Shown here: one piece after another, positions 8,133-16,688 of the stretch
How positions within the stretch are numbered: the stretch's first letter is position 1
Layout: every line of letters starts with the position of its first letter
NCBI GenBank assembly: GCA_964634705.1
Contig: CAZWKG010000002.1
Span: forward strand, 1-32,488
Direction of reading: 5' to 3'
DNA length: 32,488 bases
Origin: an uncultured Candidatus Bathyarchaeia archaeon
GTDB taxonomy: Archaea > Thermoproteota > Bathyarchaeia > TCS64
Notes under the pieces: model-generated
Told to the model about the DNA's origin: nothing
What the model saw: the letters and a program-made list of their open reading frames with translations, nothing else
The model's database searches: none
Program-made: the position numbers and the translations under genes

Positions 8133-9350
8133 TTAAAGGCTACTGAAATCGACCTTCTCACCGGGGTCGACTACTGGGGCGTAGACCTTGAAAAGGTCAG
8201 TGTACTTGAGGCCTGAGCCTGTGTTAAAGAGGACGACCCTTTCACCGCGGTCCAACTCACCCTCGTCGACCATCCGCCTTAGGCCAGCGAGGGTCGCGGC
8301 GCCCTCAGGACAGGGGAAAACGCCCTCCTTCCTCGCTATCATCCAAACCGCGCTAATGATCTCCTCGTCGCTCACCGCTAGCGCCATGCCTCCGCTCTCG
8401 CGTATAGCGCGGAGGATTAGGAAGTCGCCGAGGGCTTTGGGGACCCTGAGGCCGGCGGCGATGGTATCAGCCCCTTCCCAGAATTCAGACTCCTCCTTCC
8501 CCTCCCTGTAGGCCTTGGGGATGGGGGCGCATCCCTCTGACTGGACGGAGACCATGCGAGGGCGGTCGCCCGCGATCCAGCCGAGGCGTTCGAGCTCTTC
8601 GAAGGCCTTCCACATGCCGATGATGCCGGTGCCGCCGCCCGTCGGGTAGATGATAACATCGGGCAGGGTCCAGCCCATCTGCTCCGCAACCTCCAGTCCC
8701 ATCGTCTTCTTCCCCTCCACCCTGTAGGGCTCCTTTAGGGTGGTGACGGGGAACCACCCCATCTCGGCTGCGCCCTCGGCCACCATCTTTCCAGCGTCCG
8801 TGATCAGCCCCTTGACGAAGACGACCTTCGCGCCCGTGATCTGCGACTCCACGGCGTTCACCTTGGGTGCGTCTTCGGGCATGAAGACGTAGACCTCCAT
8901 CCCCGCTCGTGCCCCGTAAGCGGCGATGGCTCCTGCCGCATTCCCCGCGGAGGGCATGGCTACCCTCTTGATCCCGAGTTCCTTGGCCCTGGATATGGCC
9001 GCGGAGAGGCCCCGAGCCTTGAATGTGCCGGTTGGTATGATGGCCTCGTCCTTGATCCAGAGGTCGGGTACCCCCATCTCTTCTCCGAGCCGGGGGGCGG
9101 GGGTGAGGGGAGTCCAGCCCTCGCCGAGACTGATGATGTTCCTCCTCTCCCGGACAGGGAGAAGTTCGAAATACCGCCACATGGAGGCCTCCCTGCCGGA
9201 GAGCATCCGCATCGTCAGCGCCTCGCCGACGGCGTCGAGGTCGTATCGCGCGAAGAGTGGTTTGCCGCAGGCGTCGCATACGGTCTGCACCCTTTCGGCG
9301 TCGAACCGTCTCCCACATTTTGAACATTCCAGATGCGTAAGGTAACTCAT
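8133..9350 (-). CDS. thrC: threonine synthase
   Basis: 405 aa. It has an N-terminal zinc ribbon (CSKCGRRF..CDACGKP), the PLP-lysine motif PTGTFKARG, PSAGNAAGA and GGGTG. Confidence 0.9.
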   Translation of the reverse strand: MSYLTHLECSKCGRRFDAERVQTVCDACGKPLFARYDLDAVGEALTMRMLSGREASMWRYFELLPVRERRNIISLGEGWTPLTPAPRLGEEMGVPDLWIKDEAIIPTGTFKARGLSAAISRAKELGIKRVAMPSAGNAAGAIAAYGARAGMEVYVFMPEDAPKVNAVESQITGAKVVFVKGLITDAGKMVAEGAAEMGWFPVTTLKEPYRVEGKKTMGLEVAEQMGWTLPDVIIYPTGGGTGIIGMWKAFEELERLGWIAGDRPRMVSVQSEGCAPIPKAYREGKEESEFWEGADTIAAGLRVPKALGDFLILRAIRESGGMALAVSDEEIISAVWMIARKEGVFPCPEGAATLAGLRRMVDEGELDRGERVVLFNTGSGLKYTDLFKVYAPVVDPGEKVDFSSL

Positions 9351-9382
9351 GCCAACCAGCGATCAAGAGGGGAATTGGATCT

Positions 9383-9389
9383 ATAAAAT
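9383..9389 (-). promoter_or_regulatory. TATA-box candidate for thrC (TTTTATA on the minus strand)
   Basis: TATAAAA sits at 9383-9389, about 33-39 nt upstream of the thrC ATG (9350). This is consistent with a short or absent leader. Confidence 0.35.
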
Positions 9390-9605
9390 CCTTCAGAGTC
9401 TCAAACAGAAGGTTATGGGCAGAAGTCGCATGCCTCTCCGCGTTGATGTGCCTTCCCTCGTTCCTGAGCCTAATGGATGTCTAGTTGGAGATAGCTGTAA
9501 CAACTTTAGATAGCAGGCTTGATGGACGTCGAGCCTTCCTTTAAATGAAGAGGAGTGGAAGGGCTGGGCAAAGCCTTTTTAATGTATCGGCCCTTGCCCT
9601 TAATC

Positions 9606-9866
9606 ATGTCAGAAGCTTTAGAGAAGGTAGGCGATGTCAGCCACTACTTCAGCAGGATCAGTGTCGGTGTCGTCGAGCTGACGGCGCCGCTGAAGGTCGG
9701 TGATCGCATCGCCATCAAGGGGATGACGACCAACTTCGATCAGACAGTGGAGTCCATGGAGATCGAGCATAAACGCGTCCAGGAGGCCAAGGTGGGCGAC
9801 TCCATCGGTCTGAAGGTGGAAGAGCGCGTCAGAGAAGGGGACATCGTCTACAAGCTCGTTGACTGA
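9606..9866 (+). CDS. small EF-Tu domain-II-like beta-barrel protein (function unknown)
   Basis: VVELTAPLKVGDRIAIKG..TNFDQTVESMEIEHKRVQEAKVGDSIGLKVEERVREGDIVYK resembles the translation-factor domain II barrel. I prefer ATG 9606 (MSEALEK) over 9555, because a TTTTAATG TATA-like element lies 23-30 nt upstream. Confidence 0.5.
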   Translation: MSEALEKVGDVSHYFSRISVGVVELTAPLKVGDRIAIKGMTTNFDQTVESMEIEHKRVQEAKVGDSIGLKVEERVREGDIVYKLVD

Positions 9867-9951
9867 GGGCATGGCGTAAACCCCTATACACGACAAAGCT
9901 TTTATTCTATTACTTATTCCATGGTATCCACAAGCCAATTTGAGGGGGCTT

Positions 9952-10018
9952 TAAATGGGGTATAGCTTTGTTCCATCCCCAGCAAGGGGGGAAACATAAA
10001 TGGGGTATCGCTTTATTC
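9952..10018 (+). repeat. tandem 22-nt direct repeat (20/22 identical, 45-bp period) in the ilvBNC upstream region
   Basis: TAAATGGGGTATAGCTTTGTTC (9952-9973) compares with TAAATGGGGTATCGCTTTATTC (9997-10018). Each copy carries a TATA-like TAAAT and an ATG that opens a mini-ORF. A third GCTTTTATTC half-motif lies at about 9898. Confidence 0.6.
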
Positions 10019-10145
10019 ACCGTTAGCGGACCCCACGAGAGAACCGACGCAGAGAGGCCGAGAAGGCCCAGCGTAAACTTCTACGAAAGAACCCGCGCCC
10101 GCAGAGGGCGGAAGGCACCGGCGTGGGGCTGGGGAGCGCCCCGAC

Positions 10146-11834
10146 ATGGTTGAGATGTCGGGCGCCAAGGCGTTTGTCAGGTCCCTTGAGAAGGAGGGTG
10201 TTGACATCCTCTTTGGGGTGTCGGGAGGAGCCATCCTTCCCATCTGCGACGAGCTACATGACTCCGACCTGAGATTTGTGCTGGCGCGCCACGAGCAGGG
10301 GGCTGCGCACATGGCCGACGGCTATGCCAGGGCCAGCGGGCGGGTCGGCGTCTGTTTGGCGACATCGGGTCCTGGGGCGACGAACCTCGTCACGGGCGTC
10401 GCGACCGCCAACATCGACTCCTCGCCCGTCGTCGCCTTCACGGGCCAGGTCCCAACCGGCATGGTCGGCACCGACGCCTTCCAAGAGGTCGACATCATCG
10501 GCGTATCGGCCTCCATCACCAAATACAACATCCAGGTGAGGGGGGCGGCCGAGATCCCGTGGGCGGTGAAGTCGGCCTTCCGCATCGCCTCCACAGGCCG
10601 TAGGGGAGTGGTCCTCGTGGACCTGCCTAAGGACGCCCAGATCGCCGTCGAGGATGTCGAGTTCCCCGAGGAGGTCAGCTTCCGAGGCTACAACATCCAA
10701 GTGGAGCCCGATCCCAGAGAGCTGGACTGGGCGGCAACGCTGCTCTCTAAAGCTCAGAGGCCCGTGATCATGGCTGGGGGCGGCGTCATCGCAGCCAACG
10801 CCTCAGAGGAGCTCATGAAGCTGGCGGAGTTCCTGATGGCGCCAGTGACGATGACCCTCATGGGGAAGGGAGCCGTCCCTAGCGACCACCCCCTCTGCGC
10901 AGGGCTCTGCGGCATGCACGGCACAGGCGAGGCCAACCTCCTCGTCTCGGAGGCCGACGTGCTCCTCGTCGTGGGTTCCAGGTTCTCAGACCGGACCACG
11001 GGTAGACTCGAGGAGTTCTCGCCCGGCGCTAAGGTGGTACACATAGACATCGACAAAAGCGAGATCGATAAGAACGTGGAGACGGTGACGAGGGTCGTCG
11101 GCGACGCCAAACTTGCCCTCAGCGGCATTCTGGCCAGCCTCGGCCGAATGCGGACTGAGAGGCGCTGGAATGAGGAGTGGCTAAAGAAGATGAAGAAATT
11201 TAAGGAGCAGTTCGTGCTCCCTGACACTCCGAATAACCCCCACTTGAGAGCGCCCGATGTGGTGAAGGCGTTGCGGAGGTCTTTGCCCAGGGATGCTATC
11301 GTCACCACAGAAGTGGGCCAGAACCAGATGTGGGCGGCCCTCTACTTCGACGTGTATGCGCCGAGGACTTTCCTAAGCTCCGGCGGCCTGGGGACGATGG
11401 GCTGGGGTTTCCCCGCCGCCATCGGCGCGAAGGCGGCTCGGCTCGATGTGCCTGTGGTCGATATCGCTGGGGACGGTAGCTTCGGTATGACGGAGAACAG
11501 CCTAGCGACTTCTGTTGAGGAGGAGCTTCCGGTCGTGGTCGTCGTCCTGAACAACAGGATGCTGGGGATGGTGGCCCAGTGGCAGCGGCTATTCTATGGG
11601 AGGAGATACATCGGCGTCAAGCTGGGGCGCAGCCCCGACTTCGTCAAGCTGGCTGAGGCTTACGGTGCCGAGGGCGTCAGGCCCGAATCTATCGAGGAGT
11701 TCGAGAGGGCTGTGAAGAATGCGGTCGCAGCCGAGGTGTCCACGGTCATCGACGTCCCCATCGACCCCGAGGAGAATGTCTTCCCCATGGTCCCGCCAGG
11801 GAAGGGGCTCAAGGATATTCTGATGGAGGCCTAG
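10146..11834 (+). CDS. ilvB: acetolactate synthase large (catalytic) subunit
   Basis: 562 aa ThDP enzyme. It has GAKAFVRSLEKEGVDILFGVSGGAILPI, GLGTMGWGFPAAIGAK and the ThDP motif GDGSFGMT...VVVLNN. Confidence 0.92.
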   Translation: MVEMSGAKAFVRSLEKEGVDILFGVSGGAILPICDELHDSDLRFVLARHEQGAAHMADGYARASGRVGVCLATSGPGATNLVTGVATANIDSSPVVAFTGQVPTGMVGTDAFQEVDIIGVSASITKYNIQVRGAAEIPWAVKSAFRIASTGRRGVVLVDLPKDAQIAVEDVEFPEEVSFRGYNIQVEPDPRELDWAATLLSKAQRPVIMAGGGVIAANASEELMKLAEFLMAPVTMTLMGKGAVPSDHPLCAGLCGMHGTGEANLLVSEADVLLVVGSRFSDRTTGRLEEFSPGAKVVHIDIDKSEIDKNVETVTRVVGDAKLALSGILASLGRMRTERRWNEEWLKKMKKFKEQFVLPDTPNNPHLRAPDVVKALRRSLPRDAIVTTEVGQNQMWAALYFDVYAPRTFLSSGGLGTMGWGFPAAIGAKAARLDVPVVDIAGDGSFGMTENSLATSVEEELPVVVVVLNNRMLGMVAQWQRLFYGRRYIGVKLGRSPDFVKLAEAYGAEGVRPESIEEFERAVKNAVAAEVSTVIDVPIDPEENVFPMVPPGKGLKDILMEA

Positions 11835-11837
11835 GCG

Positions 11838-12332
11838 TTGGAGCAGCTGAACACCGTCGCCTTCCTCGTTGAGAACAAGCCCGGCGTCCTCTTCAACGTC
11901 TCCAACATGTTCCGCCGTCGCGGCTTCAACATCGAGAGCATCTCCGTCGGCCCCGTCGAGGACCGCGATTTGGCCCGGATGACGGTGACCTTGAAGGCAG
12001 ACAGCCGCATCCTCAACCAGATAGTGGAGCAGCTCGAAAAGATGGTCGACGTCGTCAAGGTTAAGCGGCTTGAGCCGAGGCGGACGGTGATGCGGGAGAT
12101 GGCGTTGGTGAAGCTTAGCATAGCGGACCCATTCGCAAGGGAGGAGGCGCTGAGGCATGTGAACAGTTACCACGGGCTGATCTTAAACATAGAGCCGGAA
12201 AGCCTCGTCGCGGAGGTTACGGGGGAGCCCGAGAGCATCGACGAATTCATCGACCACATACGCCCCATAGGCATAGAGGAGCTCTCAAGGACCGGCGTCA
12301 CCGCCCTGGAGAAGGGACGGCTGAAGCTTTAA
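11838..12332 (+). CDS. ilvN: acetolactate synthase small (regulatory) subunit
   Basis: 164 aa with an ACT domain (VAFLVENKPGVLFNVSNMFRRRGFNIESISVGP). It has a TTG start 3 nt after the ilvB stop. Confidence 0.85.
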   Translation: MEQLNTVAFLVENKPGVLFNVSNMFRRRGFNIESISVGPVEDRDLARMTVTLKADSRILNQIVEQLEKMVDVVKVKRLEPRRTVMREMALVKLSIADPFAREEALRHVNSYHGLILNIEPESLVAEVTGEPESIDEFIDHIRPIGIEELSRTGVTALEKGRLKL

Positions 12333-12344
12333 GAGGATGATGAG

Positions 12345-13331
12345 ATGGTGAAGGTCTATCACGACCCGAACATAGATGAGAAGATCTTGGAAGGACGGCG
12401 GGTGGCCGTCATCGGCTACGGAAGCCAGGGTAGGGCCCAGAGCCTGAACATGCGCGACTCCGGCGTCGATGTCGTAGTCGGCCTGAGGCGCGGCAGCTCT
12501 TGGATGCGGGCAGAGGCCGACGGATTCGATGTCCAACCCATATCAGAGGCAGCTGCGATGGCCGACATCGTGGTGATGCTGATCCCGGACATGGCTCAGC
12601 CCAAGGTCTACAGAGAAAAAGTGGAGCCCCACCTCAAGGCTGGGAAGACGCTGCAGTTCGCCCACGGCTTCAACATCCACTACGGACAGATCGTTCCGCC
12701 GGATGATGTCGACGTCGTCATGGTGGCGCCCAAGTCCCCGGGCCCCGAGATGAGGAGGCAATACGAAGCCGGGTTCGGCGTCCCGGCCCTCGTCGCCGTC
12801 CATCAGAACCCATCGGGGAGGGCGAAGAAGACAGCTCTGGCGGTGGCGAAGGCCCTCGGCTCGGGGCGGGCGGGGGTCATCGAGACGACCTTCAAGGAGG
12901 AGACGGAGAGCGACCTCTTCGGGGAGCAAGCCGTCCTCTGCGGGGGTGTCGATCAGCTGATCCGCCGGGGGTTCAAGGTGCTGACGGAAAACGGCTACCC
13001 GCCCGACCTCGCCTACTTCGAGGTGCTGAACGAGCTGAAGCTCATCGTGGACCTCATCTACAGGCAGGGCATCAGCGGGATGTACCGAGCCGTCTCGGAC
13101 ACCGCGAAGTACGGCGGCATGGCCATCGGCCCCACAATAGTCGACGACCACGTCGAGGAGAACATGCGGAAGGCGCTGAAGGCGGTGCAGGACGGCAGCT
13201 TCGCCAGGCGGTGGATCGACGAATACGCCGGAGGCTCGAAAGAGTTCAGGCGGCTCATGGCGGACTGCGAGGCCCTAGATATCGAGAAGGTCGGCAAGGA
13301 AGTCAGACGCCTGTCGGGCCTGGAGAAATAG
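12345..13331 (+). CDS. ilvC: ketol-acid reductoisomerase
   Basis: 328 aa. It has [40 protein letters not shown] and EQAVLCGG. Confidence 0.95.
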   Translation: MVKVYHDPNIDEKILEGRRVAVIGYGSQGRAQSLNMRDSGVDVVVGLRRGSSWMRAEADGFDVQPISEAAAMADIVVMLIPDMAQPKVYREKVEPHLKAGKTLQFAHGFNIHYGQIVPPDDVDVVMVAPKSPGPEMRRQYEAGFGVPALVAVHQNPSGRAKKTALAVAKALGSGRAGVIETTFKEETESDLFGEQAVLCGGVDQLIRRGFKVLTENGYPPDLAYFEVLNELKLIVDLIYRQGISGMYRAVSDTAKYGGMAIGPTIVDDHVEENMRKALKAVQDGSFARRWIDEYAGGSKEFRRLMADCEALDIEKVGKEVRRLSGLEK

Positions 13332-13340
13332 CCTGGAAAA

Positions 13341-13357
13341 ATTATTTTATTTTTTCT
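13341..13357 (+). terminator. oligo-T terminator candidate after ilvC
   Basis: ATTATTTTATTTTTTCT begins 10 nt after the ilvC TAG. Archaeal termination typically uses T-runs. Confidence 0.45.
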
Positions 13358-13454
13358 ATCGTGGAACTGCCATCGTCTCCATTTACACCTTTTTAAAACT
13401 TAGTTTATGAGGATGGATTTACATATTTTCAAAAATTGCTTCAAGTCTTAATCC

Positions 13455-14562
13455 TTATGAGGTTGAACTGGTTGCAAGAGCTAAACCGCCCACATTTTCG
13501 ATGTTTTTAATCACACTTATGTAATTGTCCCTCTCACATAAGGCTATCATGCATCCACCACCACCGGAACCCGTGATTTTAGTTCCGTAAGCCCCCGCAT
13601 CAAGAGAGGCTTTTATTAATTTATCAAGTTTGGAAGGTGAAATTGAACAATCTCCAGATACATTTAAATATTTTTTCAAATAATATTGATTTTCATTCAT
13701 TAGCTCTCCCAATCGTTCACCATTTAATCTATGTTTGGAGAGTTCCGCCTTCGCCTCCTTCACTATCTTAGTGATCCCTTCAACTCCCTCCATAAAACGA
13801 ACTTCTTTATTGCGGAATCTTTTACCAAGCCAGCTAAGAATTCTTGGAGTATCCTTTGGTTGCTTTGTATCACCAACAATAAAAATTAAATCATTTTCAC
13901 GATCCAATTTTTCCACACTAATACGTTCATCACCGCAGTCAATAAATAATAAACCACCATATGGGGATGCATATGGATCCATCCGGCCACAATTAACCTC
14001 AAGTTCCATTCTCTCTGCTTGATACGCCGTCTCAGAACACATTTTAAAAAAATCATCCTTGTTCGCATATTGTTTTAATTCCTCGACATTACGTTCTTGA
14101 AATCTATGAAGTAGATCGGTGATTGCAGTGACAGTTACACACATCGCCTCGGAGGATGAAAGACCTTTTCCTACAGGAATATCGAAAGAAGACTGAGATT
14201 GAGAACTTATTTATTTCTGGATTTCATAGGTGTGAAATTGTAGAGTCATTCCCTGTAATGAATATGGCAGCTCAGCTTTTTTTCATAGCTTTAATTACAC
14301 CTCGAACATAACGAAAGTCTGAGGATATCTTAACGCTAAATGAATTTAAATTGAATTCATCAAAACTTGAAAAGGGTGGAAAAGAACGAGATTTGAAACT
14401 CATTTTATCGTTCAACTTCCCTTCGGGAAATACTCGCATATTAATGGTGGTCGTTATAACTTGATGTCCACACCAATCCATGTGATCACCAAAAAGACAG
14501 AGGCGCCCCAGAGCAGAACAAAATATAGTTCTCATGCAAATCATAATCTCGAGTGCAAACAT
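13455..14562 (-). pseudogene. GHMP-family sugar/mevalonate-type kinase, disrupted
   Basis: The N-terminal fragment ORF 14272..14562 has the GHMP motif-1 region (CSALGRLCLFGDHMDWCGHQV). The C-terminal ORF 13455..14144 has motif 3 (KITGSGGGGCMIAL). Motif 2 (IPVGKGLSSSEA, about 14145-14180) is in frame with the C-terminal ORF but upstream of its Met. The pieces are separated by a frame change at an A7 run (14277-14283) and an in-frame TAA (14211-14213). Confidence 0.65.
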
Positions 14563-14598
14563 TAATAATATATTCGATTATATCTTCATTTAACTTTC

Positions 14599-15468
14599 AT
14601 GTACCTGTCCTGGCATGGATATTGGCCTAAGAAAAAGGCGAATTTAAGGGCACCAATAGTAGAATCAACTAGGGAAATTTCAGTAGTGATCCCAGTAAGA
14701 GATAACCAGTCAGGTATCAATTTATTTTTTCGTCATTTCTTTCAAACCCATCTACCTGAAATGTATCCCTTAGAAATTATTATTATTGACAATTCTAATT
14801 CACCCATTCATCTTCCTAGGAAAGTTAAAAAATTTCCTTTAGACATCAAAGTATTACGCTGTGAGAAAATGGGACCTGCAAGTGCCCGTAACCTCGGCTG
14901 GCAGAAAGCAAAAGGGGAGTGGATTCTATTTACTGACAGCGACTGTATTCCATCTTCTCAATGGATAGAAGGTTACTTATCTTCCATGAATGGAGCTATT
15001 GGTTATGCGGGGAACGTGAAACCTCACGGTGACGATGTTATATCAAGATATTACGATAACCAAGATATTTTGATCCCATCAAGGTTTATCAATAATGGAA
15101 TTGCATATCCCGATTACGTGATTACCGCTAACACTTTACTTTGGAAAAGGGCTCTAGAGTTGATCGGGGGTTTTAATGAAACCATAAAAATTGCAGCTGG
15201 AGAGGATATAGATGTGGGATTCAGATTACGAGAACTCGGAGACCTAAGTTTTGCTCCACATTCATTAGTATATCATAATTTTGAAGATGGGCCGTTAGGT
15301 TTTATCAAAAGATTTAAGCGATATGGAAAAGGAAACCGCTTACTGTCCGAAATATATTCCTTAGATATGAGACCCCGAGATATTAAACCTAGAAATAGAA
15401 CCGTTCTAAATTCATTGTTAGCTTTAATTCAATACTATTGTCTTTTATGGGGGTATAATTTTTCGTGA
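14599..15468 (+). CDS. family 2 glycosyltransferase
   Basis: 289 aa. It has ISVVIPVRDN, IIIIDNSNSP, GPASARNLG, the DxD in ILFTDSDCIP, and AAGEDIDVGFRL. Confidence 0.85.
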   Translation: MYLSWHGYWPKKKANLRAPIVESTREISVVIPVRDNQSGINLFFRHFFQTHLPEMYPLEIIIIDNSNSPIHLPRKVKKFPLDIKVLRCEKMGPASARNLGWQKAKGEWILFTDSDCIPSSQWIEGYLSSMNGAIGYAGNVKPHGDDVISRYYDNQDILIPSRFINNGIAYPDYVITANTLLWKRALELIGGFNETIKIAAGEDIDVGFRLRELGDLSFAPHSLVYHNFEDGPLGFIKRFKRYGKGNRLLSEIYSLDMRPRDIKPRNRTVLNSLLALIQYYCLLWGYNFS

Positions 15469-15574
15469 AAAGAGATGTTTAATAAATTGGACCTATTATC
15501 TCTTTTGGATTCCCTTTTTCAGTAATACAAGCCGCAGTAATTGTTAAAATGGAGTCTTATATGAGGTAATTAAT

Positions 15575-16615
15575 ATGTGTCAACTTGCGGCGTATGTTGG
15601 GGACAGGCCCGTCGCGCCCCTTCTGCTCAGAGCCCTCGAGCTTCAAGAGCCCTACTTCGGAGCCCACGCCTCTGGCTTGGGGGTCATCGACAGCGGCGAG
15701 CTCCGCATTGTGAAAGATGCCGGCTACGTCGCCAGGGTCAGGGAGACGACTGATATCGGGTCCCTCGAGGGGACGACGGGCATCGCGCACAGCCGCTATA
15801 ACTCAAAAGCCAGGGATGACCCGCGTTATAACAACAGACGGATGTCCCACCCCTTCGTCGACTGCACGGGAACCCTCTGCATGATGCACAACGGCGGCAT
15901 CTCGAACTACAAGGAACACTGGAAGAGACTGAGGGATGGGCACGCGTTCACCTCCTACGAGGCTGAGCTCGACGCGATCACCGACAGCGAGGTCGCCGTC
16001 CACATGCTCGAGGACGCCGTGAAAAAGGGGATGTCCATAGAGGAGGGGCTGAGGTGGATGGCGCCCCAGCTCAAGGGCTCCTTCCTCTTGGCCTGTATCA
16101 GCACCGATGAGCCGGAGACTGTCTGGATCGCGAACTGGCATCAGCCGTGTTTGGTGGCGGTGGGCGAGGACGAGGCCATGTTCTGCAGCAGCTATATCGG
16201 ATTCAGCGAGCTTCGCAACGATCTCGACAGGGTCTTCGAGCCGTCGAAGAACTCGCTGTTGAAGCTGACCCGTGGATGCGTCGAGGTTATGCCGCTCGAC
16301 CCAGGTCGGAAGGTGCCGCAGCTCAAGCTCGACAAGAACGAGGCGGGCAGACAGATCATGGAAGTGCTCAAGCGGAAATGTGAGGTCGACTTCCGGGTTC
16401 TCTGGTACGAGCTGAACCCTGACGGCTGGGCTCGGTCGTTCGGCGTCACGCCGGAGGAGTGGCAGGAGCTGAGGAAGAGGGGGGTCAGCATCGTAAACCC
16501 TTACATCGAGACGCTGGACATGCTCCTAGCCGAGGGGAAAATCAGGAGACGGATCGACCGCAGATATGAGGGCGGGATCGAGGGGACGCCCAGGTTCGCC
16601 TATAGCCTCGTTTAG
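15575..16615 (+). CDS. class II (Ntn) glutamine amidotransferase domain protein with an unassigned C-terminal domain
   Basis: 346 aa. It has the N-terminal nucleophile MCQLAAYVG, then GIAHSRYNS, SHPF, MMHNGGISNY and TDSEVAVHML. The last 90 aa or so (..IMEVLKRK..LDMLLAEGKIRRRIDRRYEGGIEGTPRFAYSL) look winged-helix-like. GAGGT lies 8 nt upstream of the ATG. Confidence 0.72.
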   Translation: MCQLAAYVGDRPVAPLLLRALELQEPYFGAHASGLGVIDSGELRIVKDAGYVARVRETTDIGSLEGTTGIAHSRYNSKARDDPRYNNRRMSHPFVDCTGTLCMMHNGGISNYKEHWKRLRDGHAFTSYEAELDAITDSEVAVHMLEDAVKKGMSIEEGLRWMAPQLKGSFLLACISTDEPETVWIANWHQPCLVAVGEDEAMFCSSYIGFSELRNDLDRVFEPSKNSLLKLTRGCVEVMPLDPGRKVPQLKLDKNEAGRQIMEVLKRKCEVDFRVLWYELNPDGWARSFGVTPEEWQELRKRGVSIVNPYIETLDMLLAEGKIRRRIDRRYEGGIEGTPRFAYSLV

Positions 16616-16688
16616 CCGGATCCTAGTCTAACCTAAATTCTTAAATATTTTAGATAAGTCTAAATTTTTAGCCGATTTGAGCAGTTAT

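Larger units (their letters stand above)
13332..15570. other. AT-rich compositional island (probable horizontally acquired surface-glycan gene fragment)
   Basis: Hand counts of sampled 60-nt lines inside give 30-35% GC (13621, 14701, 15061). The flanking lines 13261 and 15661 give 63%. The island contains only a broken GHMP kinase and a GT2 gene. No integrase, tRNA or convincing flanking repeats are present. Confidence 0.7.

Noticed and set aside
8485-9366. 293-aa minus-strand ORF overlapping thrC in another frame (plus 8417..8689, 8188..8511 +, 8926..9345 +)
   Set aside because: It is an alternative frame of the threonine synthase gene. Its extreme Arg/Gly/His composition marks it as a GC-rich shadow ORF.
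10013-13297. Series of antisense or off-frame ORFs across ilvB, ilvN and ilvC (for example 10254..10700 -, 10754..11308 -, 11589..12173 -, 12543..13151 -)
   Set aside because: The + strand frames encode textbook IlvB/IlvN/IlvC proteins. The others are compositional shadows.
14272-14283. Idea that the A7 run in the GHMP kinase is a programmed frameshift site
   Set aside because: Restoring the frame at the A-run still runs into an in-frame TAA 60 nt or so downstream. Decay is the simpler explanation.
13408-15566. TATGAGG present near both edges of the AT-rich island (possible att-like direct repeat)
   Set aside because: It is only 7 bp, is not at the exact compositional boundaries, and comes with no integrase or tRNA. 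It is indistinguishable from chance.
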